Shown here: piece by piece, positions 38,881-51,719 of the stretch
Position numbering within the stretch: position 1 is the stretch's first letter
Layout: each line of letters opens with the position of its first letter
From: Squalus acanthias
Taxonomy: Eukaryota
Reading direction: 5' to 3'
Assembly: GCA_030390025.1 (NCBI GenBank)
Contig: CM059432.1
Location: 13,890,001-13,954,000, forward strand
Length of the DNA: 64,000 nt
Made by a program: the position numbers and the translations under genes
The notes under the pieces: model-generated
Database searches by the model: none
What the model was told of the DNA's origin: nothing
What the model saw: the letters and a program-made list of their open reading frames with translations, nothing else

Positions 38881-40957
38881 GTGGGAACGATAGCGTAGTG
38901 GTTATGTCACTGAGCTAATAATCCAGTAGGCCTAGACTAATGATCCAGAGACGTGAGTTCAAATCCCACCATGGCAGCTGGGAATTTAAATTCAGTTAAT
39001 TAAATAAATCTGGAATAAAAAAGCTAGTATCAGTAATGGTGACCATGAAACTATCGGATTGTCGTAAAAACCCATCTGGTTCACTAATGTCCTTTAGGGA
39101 AGGAAATCTGCCGTCCTTACCTGGTCTGGCCTATATGTGACTCTTAACTGCCCTCTGAAATGGCCCAGCAAGCCACTCAGTTGTAACAAACTGCTAAGAA
39201 ACAAAATAATAAGAAAGAAACCGAATGGACCACCCGGCATCGACCTCGGCACCGGTTATGGACACGGCAACGGCACACCCAGCCCAGTCAACCCTGCAAA
39301 GTCCTCATCATCAACATCTGGGGACTTGTGCCAAACTTGGGAGAGCTGTTCCACAGACTAGTCATACTCACAGAATCATACCTTTCAGCCAATGTCCCAA
39401 AATCCTCCATCACCATCCCTGGGTATGTCCTGTCCCACTGGCAGGACAGACCCACCAGGGGTGGCGGTACATTTGGGAAGGAGTGGCCTTGGAGTCCTCA
39501 ACATTGACTCCGGACCCCATGAAGTCTCATGGCTTCAGGTCAAGCATGGGCAAGGAAACCTCCTGCTGATTACCACCTACCGCCCTCCCTTAGCTGATGA
39601 ATCAGAACTCTGCCATGTTGAACACCACTGAGCGTAGCAAGGGCACAGAATGTACTCTGGGTGGGGGTCTTCAATGTCCATCACCAAGAGTGGCTCGGTA
39701 GCACCACTACTGGCCGAGTCCTGAAGGACATAACTGCCAGTCTGGGCCTGCGACAGGAGCTGAATTCCAGAGGTGAGGTGAGAGTGACTGCCCTTGACAT
39801 CAAGGCAGCATTTGACTGAGTGTGGCATGAAGGAGCCCTAGTAAAACTGAAGTCAATGGGAATCGGGGGAGAAAATTCTCCACTAGCTGGAGTCATACCT
39901 AGCACAAAGGAAGATGGTTGTGGTGATTGAAGGTCAATCATCACAGCCCCAGGACATCGCTGCAGGAGTTCCTCAGGGTAGTGTCCTAGGCCCAACCATC
40001 TCCAGCTGCTTCACCAATGACCTTCCCTCCAACATAAGGTCAGAAGTGGGGATGTTCGCTGATGACTTCACAGTGTTCAGTGCCATTCGCAAATCCTCAG
40101 ATAATGAAGCAGTCCATGCCCGCATGCAGCAAGATCACGACGACATTCAGGCTTGGGCTGATAAGGGCAGCTAACATTCGCGCCACACAAGTGCCAGGCA
40201 ATGACTATCTCCAACAAGCGAGCGTCTAACCACCGCCCCTTGACATTCAACAGCATTACCATCGCCGAATCCCCCAGCATCAACATCCTGGGGGTCACCA
40301 TTGACCAGAAACTTAACTGGACCAGCCACATAAATGTTGTGGCAACAAGAGCAGGTCAGAGGCTGGGTATTCTGCAGCCAGTGTCTCACCTCCTGACTCC
40401 CCAAAGCCTTTCCATCATCTACAAGGCATAAGTCAGGAGTGTGATGGAATACTCTCCACTTGCCTGGATGAGTACAGCTCCAACAACACTGAAGAAGCTC
40501 AACACCATCCAAGACAAAGCAGCCCGCTTGATTGGCACTCCATCCACCACCTTAAACATTCACTCCCTCCACCACCGGTGTACCGTGGCTGTAGTGTGTA
40601 CCATCTACAAGATGCACTGCAGCAACTCGCCAAGGCGTCTTTGACAGCACCTCCCAAACCCGTGACCTCTACCACCTAGAAGGACAAGGGCAGCAGGCGC
40701 ATGGGAACACCCCCACCTCCAACTTGCCCTCCAAGTCACACACTATCCTGACTTGCAAGTATTTCGCCATTCCTTCATCGTCGCTGGGTCAAAATCCTGG
40801 AACTCCCTCCCTAACTGTGGGAGTACCTTCACCACACGGACTGCAGCGGTTCAAGAAGGCGGCTCACCACCACCTTCTCAAGGGCAACTAAGGATGGGCA
40901 ATAAATGCTGGCCTTGCCAGTGACTCCCATATCCCATGAACAAATAAAAAAAAATAA
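38881..40957 (+). mobile_element. LINE family 2 copy retaining a tRNA-like 5' head, internally deleted near 39755
   Basis: A box TAGCGTAGTGG at 38891, B box GTTCAAATC at 38957. Endonuclease start CKVLIINIWGL...LTESYL from 39295. RT ORF 39914-40174. 3' tail and A-rich end. Confidence 0.85.
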
Positions 40958-42273
40958 ACCAGCCAGAGTTCCTGCTTGTGAAAACTATCCAACAAACTCT
41001 GTTGGAAGTGGTGAAGATGGCCCATTTGGTTGAACATGGTCATTAGAGTAGGTGTGTCTCAGGTATTGTAGTTATCCTTAGATGAGTAGGAGTAAAGGAA
41101 GAAAATTGCAGAAGGATATGAATAATAAGAAACAAGCTGGACCAATGTGTAGCTGACCAGCACTATCTTCAATCTAAACAAAGCAAACTACGTAGGTATG
41201 AGGGGCGAGTTGGCTAAGGTAGATTGGGAAACTACATTAAAAGGTATGACGGTAGACAAGCAATGGCCAGCATTTAAAGAATGAATACATAATTTACAAC
41301 AAATATACATTCCTTTAAGGCACAAAAAACCCCACAGGAAAAGCAGTCCAACCGTGGCTAACAAGAGAAGTTAAAGATAGTATTAAATCAAAGATAGAGG
41401 TTTATAATGTTGCCAAAAAGAGTAGTAAGCCTGAGGATTGGTCAGAATTTAGAATTCAGCAAAGGAGGACCAAGAAATTGATAAGGAAAGAGAACAAAGA
41501 ATATGAGAGTAAATTAGCAAGAGACATAAAAACAGATTGTAAACGTTTCTATAGGTATGTAAATAGGAAGAGATTAGTGAAATTAAATGTGGGCCCATTA
41601 GAGACAGAGACAGGAGAAATTATAATGGGCAATAAGGAAATGGCAGAGACATTAAACAAATACTTCACGGTAGAAGACACAAAAAACATTCCGGAAATAA
41701 TGGGGAACCAAGGGTCTAGAGAGAATGAGGAACCTAAAGAAATCAGTATAAGTAAAGACATAGGGGGAAAAATTCAGTTGGTTGCGCCTCCCGTTAGCGC
41801 CTTAAGAGGGTGCTAATGGGGCGCAAAGCAACTAGCGCCTGGGCGCGGCGATGTTTGCGCCGCTCGCGAACTTAACTAGACATTTTGCGGCGGCGCTAAA
41901 CTTTACCGCCGCGATCTCCTGCGCACGCAGATCTTGACGTCATACGAGGGTGCAACGCCCTTGTGGCGCCCCGGAGCGGAAATTGAGTGGCGCCCCCAAC
42001 CTTTCCGCCTGGCGCAACCAACGACCGGAAGACTGGAATGCTATCAGTCGCTGTGGGGCTGGGGGGGGCGCTATTTAAAGGGGGCCTCTTCCTGTCTTTC
42101 TCTGTGGTTGACATTTTTGCACCACTCGTTCTGAGAGAGAGAGAGAGATTCGGAGAGAGAGAAAGAGAGACTTCTGCATTGAGTCAACACTGTGTGAGGT
42201 AGTTTTGGCTACTGATCATAACTTGGCAGGTACTTTGGTTTTTGGCCTTCATAACTTTGCTTGCTAAGAGACT

Positions 42274-43304
42274 ATGGGGGCTGCACTGATTGGGGGCGTC
42301 GTCCTGCGCCAGCTGAATCGGAGGACACAGAGACGCAGAGAGAGAGTGGCAATCATGGCCAGACGGAGGAGGGCCAACAGGCGTCTGTACAGGAGAGCTT
42401 ACCCTCCCAGGGTATATCGTCAACAGCTCTCCTACATTCATATGTCTGAGGAGCAGTGTTTGCGAAGGCTGCGCTTCAGCAAGGAGGTGGTCACTGAGCT
42501 CTGCCACCTGCTGCAGCCAGATCTGCAGCCTCAACTGAGGTCCAGGACGTCTCTGTCAGTGGCAGTGAAGATCACAGTGGCTCTGAACTTTTATGCTACT
42601 GGCTCATTTCAATCTGCTGCTGGGGACATCGCCAATATCTCCCAGTTCGCGGTGCATTGCTGCATCCGTCAGGTCACAAATGCCCTCTTTAAAAGGAGAC
42701 GAGAGTACATCTCTTTCCCCATGACCCCAGACAAGCAGCATGAACGCGCTCTGGGCTTTGCGAGGATAGCGGGCTTCCCCATGGTGCAGGGCGCCATTGA
42801 CTGCACGCATGTGGCTTTGCGTGCTCCGCATGAGAATGCCGAGGATTTCCGGAACAGAAAGGGGTTCCATTCCTTGAACGTTCAGTTGGTCTGTGACCAC
42901 AGACAGCTGATACTCGCTGTCAATGCCCACTATCCTGGCAGCTGCCACGATGCTTTCATCCTGCGCCAGACTACTGTGGCAGAACTTTTCGAGGCACCGC
43001 ATCAGCCAGTTGGTTGGCTTCTCGGGGACAAGGGGTATCCACTGAGCACCTGGCTGATGACACCGCTCCATACGCCCAACACCCCTGCTGAGCTGCGGTA
43101 CAACGAGAGCCATCAAGCTACCAGGAACATCGTTGAGCACACAATCGGCGTGCTCAAGCAACGGTTCCGCTGTCTGGACCATTCTGGAGGAGCCCTGCAG
43201 TACTCGCCTGAGCGAGTTTCCCACTTCGTAGTTGTGTGCTGCATGCTGCATAACATGGCAATCCTCAGGACCCAGCCAATGCCACCAGGCCTTGGAGCAC
43301 CACC

Positions 43305-43335
<31 letters not shown>

Positions 43336-43434
43336 GAGGAGGATGATCATCAGCAGCACCAAGGCGGGAGGGCGGCCCACAATGTTGAAACTGCAAGGGC
43401 CGTCCGTCAACGGCTGATAGCAAGCCGCTTCTAG
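42274..43434 (+). CDS. Harbinger/PIF DDE transposase (HARBI1-like), intact, 386 aa
   Basis: GAIDCTH, NRKGFHSLNVQLVCD, PGSCHDAFIL, LLGDKGY, YN..H..TRNIVEHTIGVLKQRFRCL, CCMLHN motifs and an acidic tail. TATA-like tatttaaa near 42072. Confidence 0.95.
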
Positions 43435-43733
43435 GCCCCTGCTGAGGAAATGGCTTCTGCCATTGAGAACAACATGAATGAAACCAACCCGCAACCCCTA
43501 AGCCGGCCAAGGCACCAATGATTCCAAAGACCAAACATGTATATTTTGAATACAAAAACTTATTTATTTCACAAACTCTGTGTGTGTCATTTCCTCATGA
43601 CAAACTAATAGAAAGAAACACAAAAACACAGTCATTAACAGAACTGGTTCTCATAACCTGGAGATAATGTCCAAAAGTTTGACCACGAACCTTAGCCTTT
43701 AATAAAAAAATGACCAACATTTTGTCACACCTC

Positions 43734-45639
43734 CTACTTTTTGCCCTTCGAGGGTGATCTCCTTCCCTTGCGCACTTCCCCCCTTCCCACCCAACTGCTC
43801 CTCCGTAATGGGACCTCAGTGGCTGCAGCAAGGCTGGTGGAAGGCTGCTGATTGTCAGAACCTGAGACTGCAGATGCCCTTGAAGGACAGCCTCGACCAG
43901 CTCTGGGCCTGGAGGGCCCGGCTGCAGACTGCACCAACTCTGCATGGGCGGCAGCAGTCTGTCCTACAGGCGGTGGCAAGTGCAGTGGAGAAGTGACAGT
44001 GGTGGCAGCAGGAATGCTGTCATCTTGAGAGAGGACAGCAACTCCCTGCTCGACCGACACACTGGCACTCCCACGGGGCAGCACTTCAGCATCCGGAGCA
44101 ATCTGCTGGAGCACAGATTGCTGGCCTGCTGCGGCGCGGTGAGAGCCCTGGGGAAATGTGTACGAACCATCGAGGATGGCAGCAGTCAGTGCTCGCGTGG
44201 CCTCAATCTGAGTCTGCATGAGAGCAGTCTGAGACTGAATTGCAGCACTAAGCTTTAGTGTGGCATCCGCCTGTGCTACAGCGAAGTGCTCCACACTCCT
44301 TGCCAGTGATTCAATGCATTCGGGCACCCTTCCCACTGCACCCATGAGCTCAGTGTGCATGTCCACCGCCTGGGTGTTCATTTCAGCGATGAGCCGCTCC
44401 TCCTCTGCGTCCAGTGCAGTAGGAGTCGCTGGCATACTCTCCCTCCGGGGAGAAGGCCCCCGTTCTTCCCTACCCCCATGGCGTTGCTGCAGCCCGCTGG
44501 GTCCTGGAGCTTCACCCTCATCAGACCCTTCCCCCCTGCTCCCCTCCAGGGAAGGCGTGTTCCCAGTGTGGGCATGGGCTTCCTCGGGAGAGGGTGGCAC
44601 TGATGCTCCGCCTTCATCTTCCTCCTCGCCTGCAGCTTCACTCCCATTGGCAGCTTGAAGGCCCGTCTCCTCAGCTGGTGAATCACCATCTGAAAGCAGG
44701 GAGGTACAAGAGTGGCTTTAGCGTGAGGACAGGGTGGCAGTAAGGGAGGAATAAGTGCAGCGATTTAGTAAGTTGGATTGAAAGTGTCAAAGGCTGGTGT
44801 TGTGAGGGACAAGTGGAAGGACAGAGGACAAAAAGGTGATGACCTTACCATTGCTGTCCAGAACGGGGTCGGCGTCTCCAGTGGCAACGGGACCGATCAC
44901 CCGGCTTGCCACAATCCTCTGGACGCGCGCCTCAAGATCGCTGAGGGGTTGCAGCTGAGGCTGCCCTCCACCCGTCTGTTGCTGCTGTCTCCTATTATGA
45001 GATAGCTTGGCCCGCAAGAAAAAGGACGGCGTCTGAGTAAATATACAGCCATGGTCTTGCCTGATGTGCCTCCCATAGGTGAATAGCCCTTACTGTATGC
45101 AGCCATGGTCTTGCCTGATGTACCTCCCATAGGTGAATAGCCCTTACTGTATGCAGCCATGGTCTTGCCTGATGTGCCTCCCATAGGTGAATAGCCCTTA
45201 CTGTATGCAGCCATGGTCTTGCCTGATGTACCTCCCATAGGTGAATAGCCCTTACTGTATGCAAAGTGTGGAATGTGCATGTGTGTTTCATGAGAGGGCC
45301 ATAGGTGTTGGATGAGTGTTGTGCATTGGGGTTTTAAGACCCTCTGGCCATAGAGTGAGGTTAAGATGGAGGGATGGAGAGGTATTGAAAAAAAGCCACT
45401 CACCCTGATGATCCGAGTGAGGTCGTTGAACTTTTACGACATTGTACATGGATCCTAGGCACCATCCTCCTGCAGGAGACGCTCTGAGCCACCTCCCTCC
45501 ACACTCTTCTGTACTCGCGCGGCAAAGGCCTCCTGCCACTCTCAGGGAAGAGTATAGATCTTCTGCGCTCCACCGCGCCAACCAGAGCCTCCAAGGCCCG
45601 CTCGCTGAAGCGCTGAGCTCGTTCTCTCACCCTCTCTAT
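43734..45639 (-). pseudogene. Harbinger Myb/SANT-like DNA-binding partner gene, 3 exons (about 45639-45404, 45011-44849, 44689-43734), disabled
   Basis: RERAQRFSERALEAL...W.EVA...QCRK(K)FNDL and AKLSHNRR...TGGG motifs. Donors gtgagt and gtaagg, exon-3 acceptor tttcag. Lesions: probable ATG>ATA, a 1-bp deletion near 45432, and an exon-2 acceptor reading cgg instead of cag. Confidence 0.82.
45046..45261. repeat. 54-bp minisatellite, 4 copies, in intron 1 of the Myb-like gene
   Basis: cagccatggtcttgcctgatgt(g/a)cctcccataggtgaatagcccttactgtatg x4, alternating g and a. Confidence 0.95.
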
Positions 45640-46734
45640 AGTCCTTGGCTGGAAGATTTAGGCACAGGTCTCTCTAGGCCGAGATTCAAGGCTCCAATGA
45701 GCAGGGTGTGGCTGGAGTGCAAGATCGACCCTCCCCTTTAAGAACTGTCTGGCGCCAGTGTGTCTGTGTTCCATCGCTAACTGACAGCACCTGCGCTGCG
45801 CCCTGCGCTCTGAGTTAGCGCCTCGCTCCTCGGCCTTTGCGCCTTAAGACAGGTGTGTAGCGCCTGATTTAGCACTCCAATCACCTCCAGGGGCGGTAAA
45901 AGTCAAGTTTGCAGTCGGAGGCGATAATTAGCGCCAGGCGCTAATCTTTGCGCCCGGCCGAAAATTGCGCCCCAAACGGGGCGATACTGAATTTCTCCCC
46001 CATAGTGCTGGAGAAATTAATGGGGCTAAGTGGCAACAAATCCCCTGGACCTGACGACCTGCATCCTAGGGTTTTAAAAGAGGTAGCTGCAGAGATAGTG
46101 GATGCATTGGTATTAATCTTCCAGAATTCCCTAGATTCTAGAACAGTCCCCAAGGATTGGAAGGTAGCAAACATAACCCCTCTATTTAAGAAAGGAGGAA
46201 GAGAACAAATGGGGAACTATAGGCCAATTAGCCTGACATCAGTAGTAGGCAAAATGTTAGAATCTATTAGTGAGAAGTGGTAACAGGGCACTTAGAAAAT
46301 CATAATATGATTAGGCAGAGTCAACATGCTTTTATGAAAGGGAAATCGTGTTTGACAAATCTGTTAGAATTTTTTGAAGATGTAACTAGTAGGGTGGATA
46401 AGGGGGAACCAGTGGATGTAGTATATTTGGATTTTCAAAAAGCATTCGATAAGGTGCCACACAAGAGGATCTTACACAAAATTAGGACTTATGGTATTGG
46501 GGGTAATATATTAGCATGATTGAGGATTGGTTAATGGACAGAAAACAGACAGTAGGAATAAACGGTACTTTTTCAGGTTGGCAGGCTGTAACGAGCGGGG
46601 TACCGCAATGATCAGTGCTGGGGCCTCAGCTATTAACAATCTATATTAATGACTTAGATGAAGGGACTGAGTGTAACGTATCCAAGTTTGCTGATGATAC
46701 AAAGTTAGGTGGGACAGTAAGCTGTGAGGAGGAC

Positions 46735-47223
46735 CCCCAGCATCGAAGCTTTGACCACGCTCGATCAGCTCCGATGGATGGGCCACATCGTCTGCATGCC
46801 CGATTTGAGACTGCCAAAGCAAACGCTCTACTCGGAGCTCTGACACGGCAAGAGAGCCCCAGGTGGGCAGAGGAAACACTTCAAGGACACCCTCAAAGCC
46901 TCCTTGAAAAAGTGCAACATTCCCACCGACACCTGGGAATCCCTTGCCCAAGACCGCACAAAGTGGAGGAGAAGCATCTGGGGAGGGGCTGAACACCTCG
47001 AGTCTCTTTGCCGGGAGCAAGTGGAAGCCAAGCACAAACAGCAGAAGGAGCGCACGTCAACCCAAGAACCCCACCCACCCGCCTCTTCAACCACCGTCTG
47101 CGCCACCTGTGACAGAGACTGTAGGTCCTGCATTGGACTCATCAGTCACCTGAGAACTCATTTTTAATGTGGAAGCAAGTCATCCTCGGTTCCGAGGGAC
47201 TGCCTGAGTAGAAGGAGAAGAAG
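46735..47223 (+). mobile_element. RTE-type LINE 3' fragment
   Basis: [12 protein letters not shown]...CATCDRDCRSCIGLISHLRTH, then an (aga)n-like tail. Confidence 0.85.
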
Positions 47224-49399
47224 CAAAGAGGCTGCAGAGAGATATAGACAGGTTGACTGAGTGGGCAAGAACATGGCAAATGGAATACAATGTGAGGAAG
47301 TGTGAAGTTATTCACTTAGGTAGGAAAAACAAAAAGGCAGAATATTTTTTGAATGGCGAGAGACTGGGAAATGTTTGCACTCAGAGGGACTCAGAGAGAA
47401 AGTTAATATGTAGTTACAGCAAGCAATTAGGAAAGCAAATGACATGTTAGCTTTTGTTACAAAGGGATGAGAGTATAAGAGTAAAGAAGTCTTACTACAA
47501 TTATACAGGGCATTGGTGAGGCCTCACCTGGAGTACTGTGTACAGTTCTGGTCTCCTTACCTAAGGAAAGACATACTTTGCCTTAGAGGGAGTGCAACGA
47601 AGGTTCACTAGACTGGTTCCTGGGATGAGGGGATTGCCCAATGAGGAAAGATTGAGTAGACTAGTCCTATATTCCTTAGAGTTTAGGTGATCTAATTGAA
47701 ACATATAAAATTATTAAATGGCTTGACAGGGTCAATGCTGGGAAAATGTTTCCCCTGGCTGGGGAATCTAGAACACAGGGTCACAGTCTCAGAATAAGGG
47801 GTCGGCCATTTAGGACTGAGATGAGGAGAAATTTCTTCACTCAGAGTGTAGTGAATCTTTGTAATTCTCTACCCCAGAGAGCTGTGGATTCTCAGTCATT
47901 GAGTATATTCAAGACAGAGGTCGATAAATATTTGGGAACGAAGGGAATTAAGGGATATAGGGATAGTGCGGGAAGGTGGAGTTGAGGTAGAAGATCAGCC
48001 ATGATCTTGTTGAATGGCGGAGCAGACTTGAAGGGCCAAATGGCCGACTCCAGCTCCTATTTCTTATGTTCTTATCTTGACAAGCATGAATAAATTAGGA
48101 TTTGGGTTAGACTTTACACCCAATAATAGTGAATGAGCAGAAAATGTTGCTCTTCAAATGTCTACTTATAGTGCACATTGAACGGTTTGTGATCCATGAC
48201 TGTGCCACCCACTGCCCTTTGCTGCTCCGATGGAAGGGATCCTGCTCTCCACATCATAATATAATTAGTCCACATCGATGCTCCCTGAGACTACTCACTG
48301 AACAAATCTCACCCAAGTCCAGTGACCCTCCTGACCTTGATTTAATCACTCCTCTATCAAGGAATGACACAATCAGCTTTCAATACACACTGCTATCAAT
48401 CCCAAATCTATGTACCTACAGGAACCATGCAACCCGTAATGTACTAGAACCTACAGAAGCAAGTAACCTTCACTGAAATTGATAAACAATTTTTAATTTG
48501 AAAGAAAGTTTGAAAATGGATCATCGTCTATGACACGATTAATGCATTTGAAGTCATTGGAGAGCAACACACCGTGCTTGAACTGTTAGCCCATGGGAAC
48601 TTAGTAATGCACTGTGCTTGAACTATAAGACCTTGGGAACTTAGCTGAGGTGCCAGATGAGATATTGCAACAATCCAGAACCCTTATTTACTGAAGACTG
48701 GCTGTCATATTGCTGATCGCTAGTCATCTTTATCTGTTGTTATTGAACAAAGAGCTGTATCACTTTTTCAGAGCATGGTTTCAGCAAGACCTTGGTAATG
48801 CAAGTCATTCAAGGTCTTTCCCTGCAAAGATATTTTCAATCTGTAACTAGGAAGTTTAAGTCTTGGCATTTTATTCTGCAATTTTGTTCTTGAAATGAGT
48901 GTACACAATGTTGAGTGGCATGCAGCAAATGTACCCAGGCACCTGACTAACAATTTATTTGTCCGTTTTGAATCTTATGCAATGGGCAACTGTCAAGAAT
49001 GATTTTCTGAGTAACTGGAGGTGTGGTTAATTTCAAGTGCTACCTGATATAAATGACTGGAACGTGATAATCAAGTGATATTAACAGGACACCACTCTCA
49101 GACTTTTGACGCACTTCACCGGAGTTATGGCAGGAGTGTGCTGGAAAAGCCAAGGATTTTTGTCCTCACAGTTTTTACTGGTGTTTGGGACTGTATGTAG
49201 AGCGGTCTAACCAAGGGTCCTTCAAGGCTCCGAAACATGAAAGGTAAGTTTGTTGAAAGATTTATGCGCAGCCAAGAGGAGCATGAATGTTCCACCTGGC
49301 TTCACAAAAACCTTTCCACCTGCTGCTGGCCCCTTCGCGGCCCTCCCCGCTATCACCTGCCCCTCCCTTAATGGAATTTGGCCAGCTCAGCTTTTAAAA

Positions 49400-51052
49400 A
49401 AATTCGTTTATGGGATGTGGGCGGCGCTGGTAAGGCCAGCATTTATTGCCCATCCCTAGTTGCCCTTTGAGAAGGTGGTGGTGAGCCGCATTCTTGAACC
49501 GCTGCAGTCCGTGTGGTGAAGGTACTCCCACAGTGCTGTTAGGAGGGCGTTCCAGGATTTTGACCCAGTGACGATGAAGGAACAGCGATATACTTCTAAG
49601 TCAGGATGGTGAGTGACTTGGAGGGGAACTTGCAGGTGGTGGTGTTCCCATGCGCCTGCTGCCCTTGTCCTTCTAGGTGGAAGAGGTCGCGGGTTTGGGA
49701 GGTGCTGCCAAAGAAGCCTTGGCGAGTTGCTGCAGTGCATCTTATAGATGGTACACACTGCAGCCACGGTACGCCGGTGGTGGAGGGAGTGAATGTTTAA
49801 GGTGGTAGATGGGGTGCCAAGCAAACGGACTGCTTTGTACTGGATGGTGTCGAGCTTCTCGAGTGTTGTTGGTGCTGCAGTCATCCAGGCAAGTGGAGAG
49901 TATTCCATCACACTCCTTACTTGTGCCTTGTAGATGGTGGAAAGGCTTTGGGGAGTCAGGAGGTGAGACACTCGCCGCAGAATACCTAGCCTCTGACCTG
50001 CTCTTGTTGCCACAGTATTTATGTGGCTGGTCCAGTAAAGTTTCTGGTCAATGGTGACCCCCAGGATGTTGATGGTGTGGGATTCGGCGATGGTAATGCT
50101 GTTGAATGCCAAGGGGCGGTGGTTAGACTCTCGCTTGTTGGAGATAGTCATTGCCTGGCACTTCTGTGACACGAATGTTACCTGCCACTTATCAGCCCAA
50201 GCCTGAACGTCATCCAGGTCTTGTTGCATGCAGGCATGGACTGCTTCATTATCTGTGGAGTTGCGAATAGCGCTGAACATGGTGCAGTCATCAGCGAACA
50301 TCCCCATTTCTGACCTTATGTTGGAGGGAAAGTCATTGATGAAGCAGCTGAAGATGGTTGGACCTAGGATCCTGCACTGAGAAACTCATGCAGCGATGTC
50401 CTGGGGCTGAGATGATTGACCTTCAATCACCACAACTATCTTCCTTTGTGCTAGGTATGACTCCAGCCAGTGGAGAGATTTCCCCCTGATTCCCATTGAC
50501 TTCAGTTTTACTAGGGCTCCTCGATGCCACACTCGGTCAAATGCTGCCTTGATTTCAAGGGCAGTCCGTCTCACCTCACCTCTGGAATTCAGCTCCTTTG
50601 TCCATGTTTGGACCAAGGCTGTAATGAGTTCCGGGGCCATGTGGTCTTGGCGGAACCCAAACTGGGCATCAGTGAGCAGGTTATTGGTGAGTAAGTGCCG
50701 CTTGATAGCACTGTCGATGACACCTTCCATCACTTTGCTGATGATTGAGAGTAGACTGATGGGACGGTAATTGGCCGGATTGGATTTGTCCTGCTTTTTG
50801 TGGACAGGACATACCTGGGCAGTTTTCCACATTGTCGGATAGATGTTAGTGTTGTAGCTGTATTGGAACGGCTTGGCTAGAGGCACGGCTAGTTCTGGAG
50901 CACAAGTCTTCAGCATGATAGCCGGGATGTTGTCGGGGCCCACAGCCTTTGCTGTATCCAGTGTGCTCAGCCATTTCTTGATATCACGTGGAGTGAATCG
51001 AATTGGCTGAAGACTGGCTTCTGTGATGGTGGGGACCTCAGGAGGAGGCCCA
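49400..51052 (-). mobile_element. LINE family 2, 5'-truncated
   Basis: ORFs 50386-51084 and 49456-50307 with RT motifs. Confidence 0.92.
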
Positions 51053-51719
51053 TATGAATGTGGAGGAACCATCAGATTTCCCACCTCCCCCGACCAGTGA
51101 GATCCAAAAGTGCGGGCAGCTTGTCGCCAGCATGTTAATGAGATCTGACCATAAAAATTGGTCAGCCTCTTACTGGTGACATTAGGCGGGTGGCGGGCTC
51201 ATTCTGTCCATTGCCCGCCCTATCTCTGCCCAAACTGGAAATTGACCCCATTATGTTCTGCATAGCTTTGCCATGATGAAGGGCAGATCCTGAATGAGGA
51301 AGAGAATCCAATATAAAGAGCGCTTTACCAGCAGCAGCAGTAGCAGGAGGAAGAAGCAGTAGATGTCCTAGGATCTGAGGGAGACAGATTAGGCAATATT
51401 CGATGAACACCACTTTCTCCAACCAACCAGTAAAGAGGTGGCCCTCTGTTGCAGCCCTTACACTGACACAAACATCCCTTGTCCTTAATTTCAGCCTAGT
51501 GGCCTGCCCTGTTCCCTTTAACCTTGGTTCAGGAGTAGCTCTTGCCTCTGTGTCAGAAGGTCTGAAGTGTCCAGAGACTTCAGCACATAATCTAGGCTGA
51601 CACTTCAGTGGTGTCTTTCAGATGAGATGTTACCCTCTCAGGTAGACATAAAAGATCCCATGGCAATATTTGAAGAAGAGTAAAGACAGTTCTCTTAGAA
51701 GATAAATGCAGCATTAGTT

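Larger units (their letters stand above)
41763..46001. mobile_element. Complete PIF/Harbinger DNA transposon (4239 bp)
   Basis: TIRs GGGGGAAAAATTCAGT / ACTGAATTTCTCCCCC (15 of 16 match). 3-bp TSD ATA at 41760-41762 and 46002-46004. Two convergent genes. Confidence 0.95.
41170..48078 (+). mobile_element. 5'-truncated CR1 hosting the Harbinger transposon and an RTE fragment
   Basis: CR1 ORF2 pieces at 41478-41762, 46005-46734 and 47225-47985. Removing the Harbinger restores EISISKDIVLEKLMGL. Confidence 0.9.

Noticed and set aside
38885..38975. Genuine tRNA gene
   Set aside because: A and B boxes are present, but I could not fold a cloverleaf and there is no T-run terminator; it is a retroposon head.
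42274..43434. Calling this the host gene HARBI1
   Set aside because: It is flanked by TIRs and a TSD, paired with a Myb-like gene and inserted in a CR1, so it is a transposon copy.
42604..43494. 296-aa minus-strand ORF
   Set aside because: Antisense shadow of the transposase ORF.
49020..51250. Additional old Harbinger-like MITEs (here and at about 26160-26960)
   Set aside because: One plausible TIR-like end each, but I could not establish matching partner ends and TSDs.
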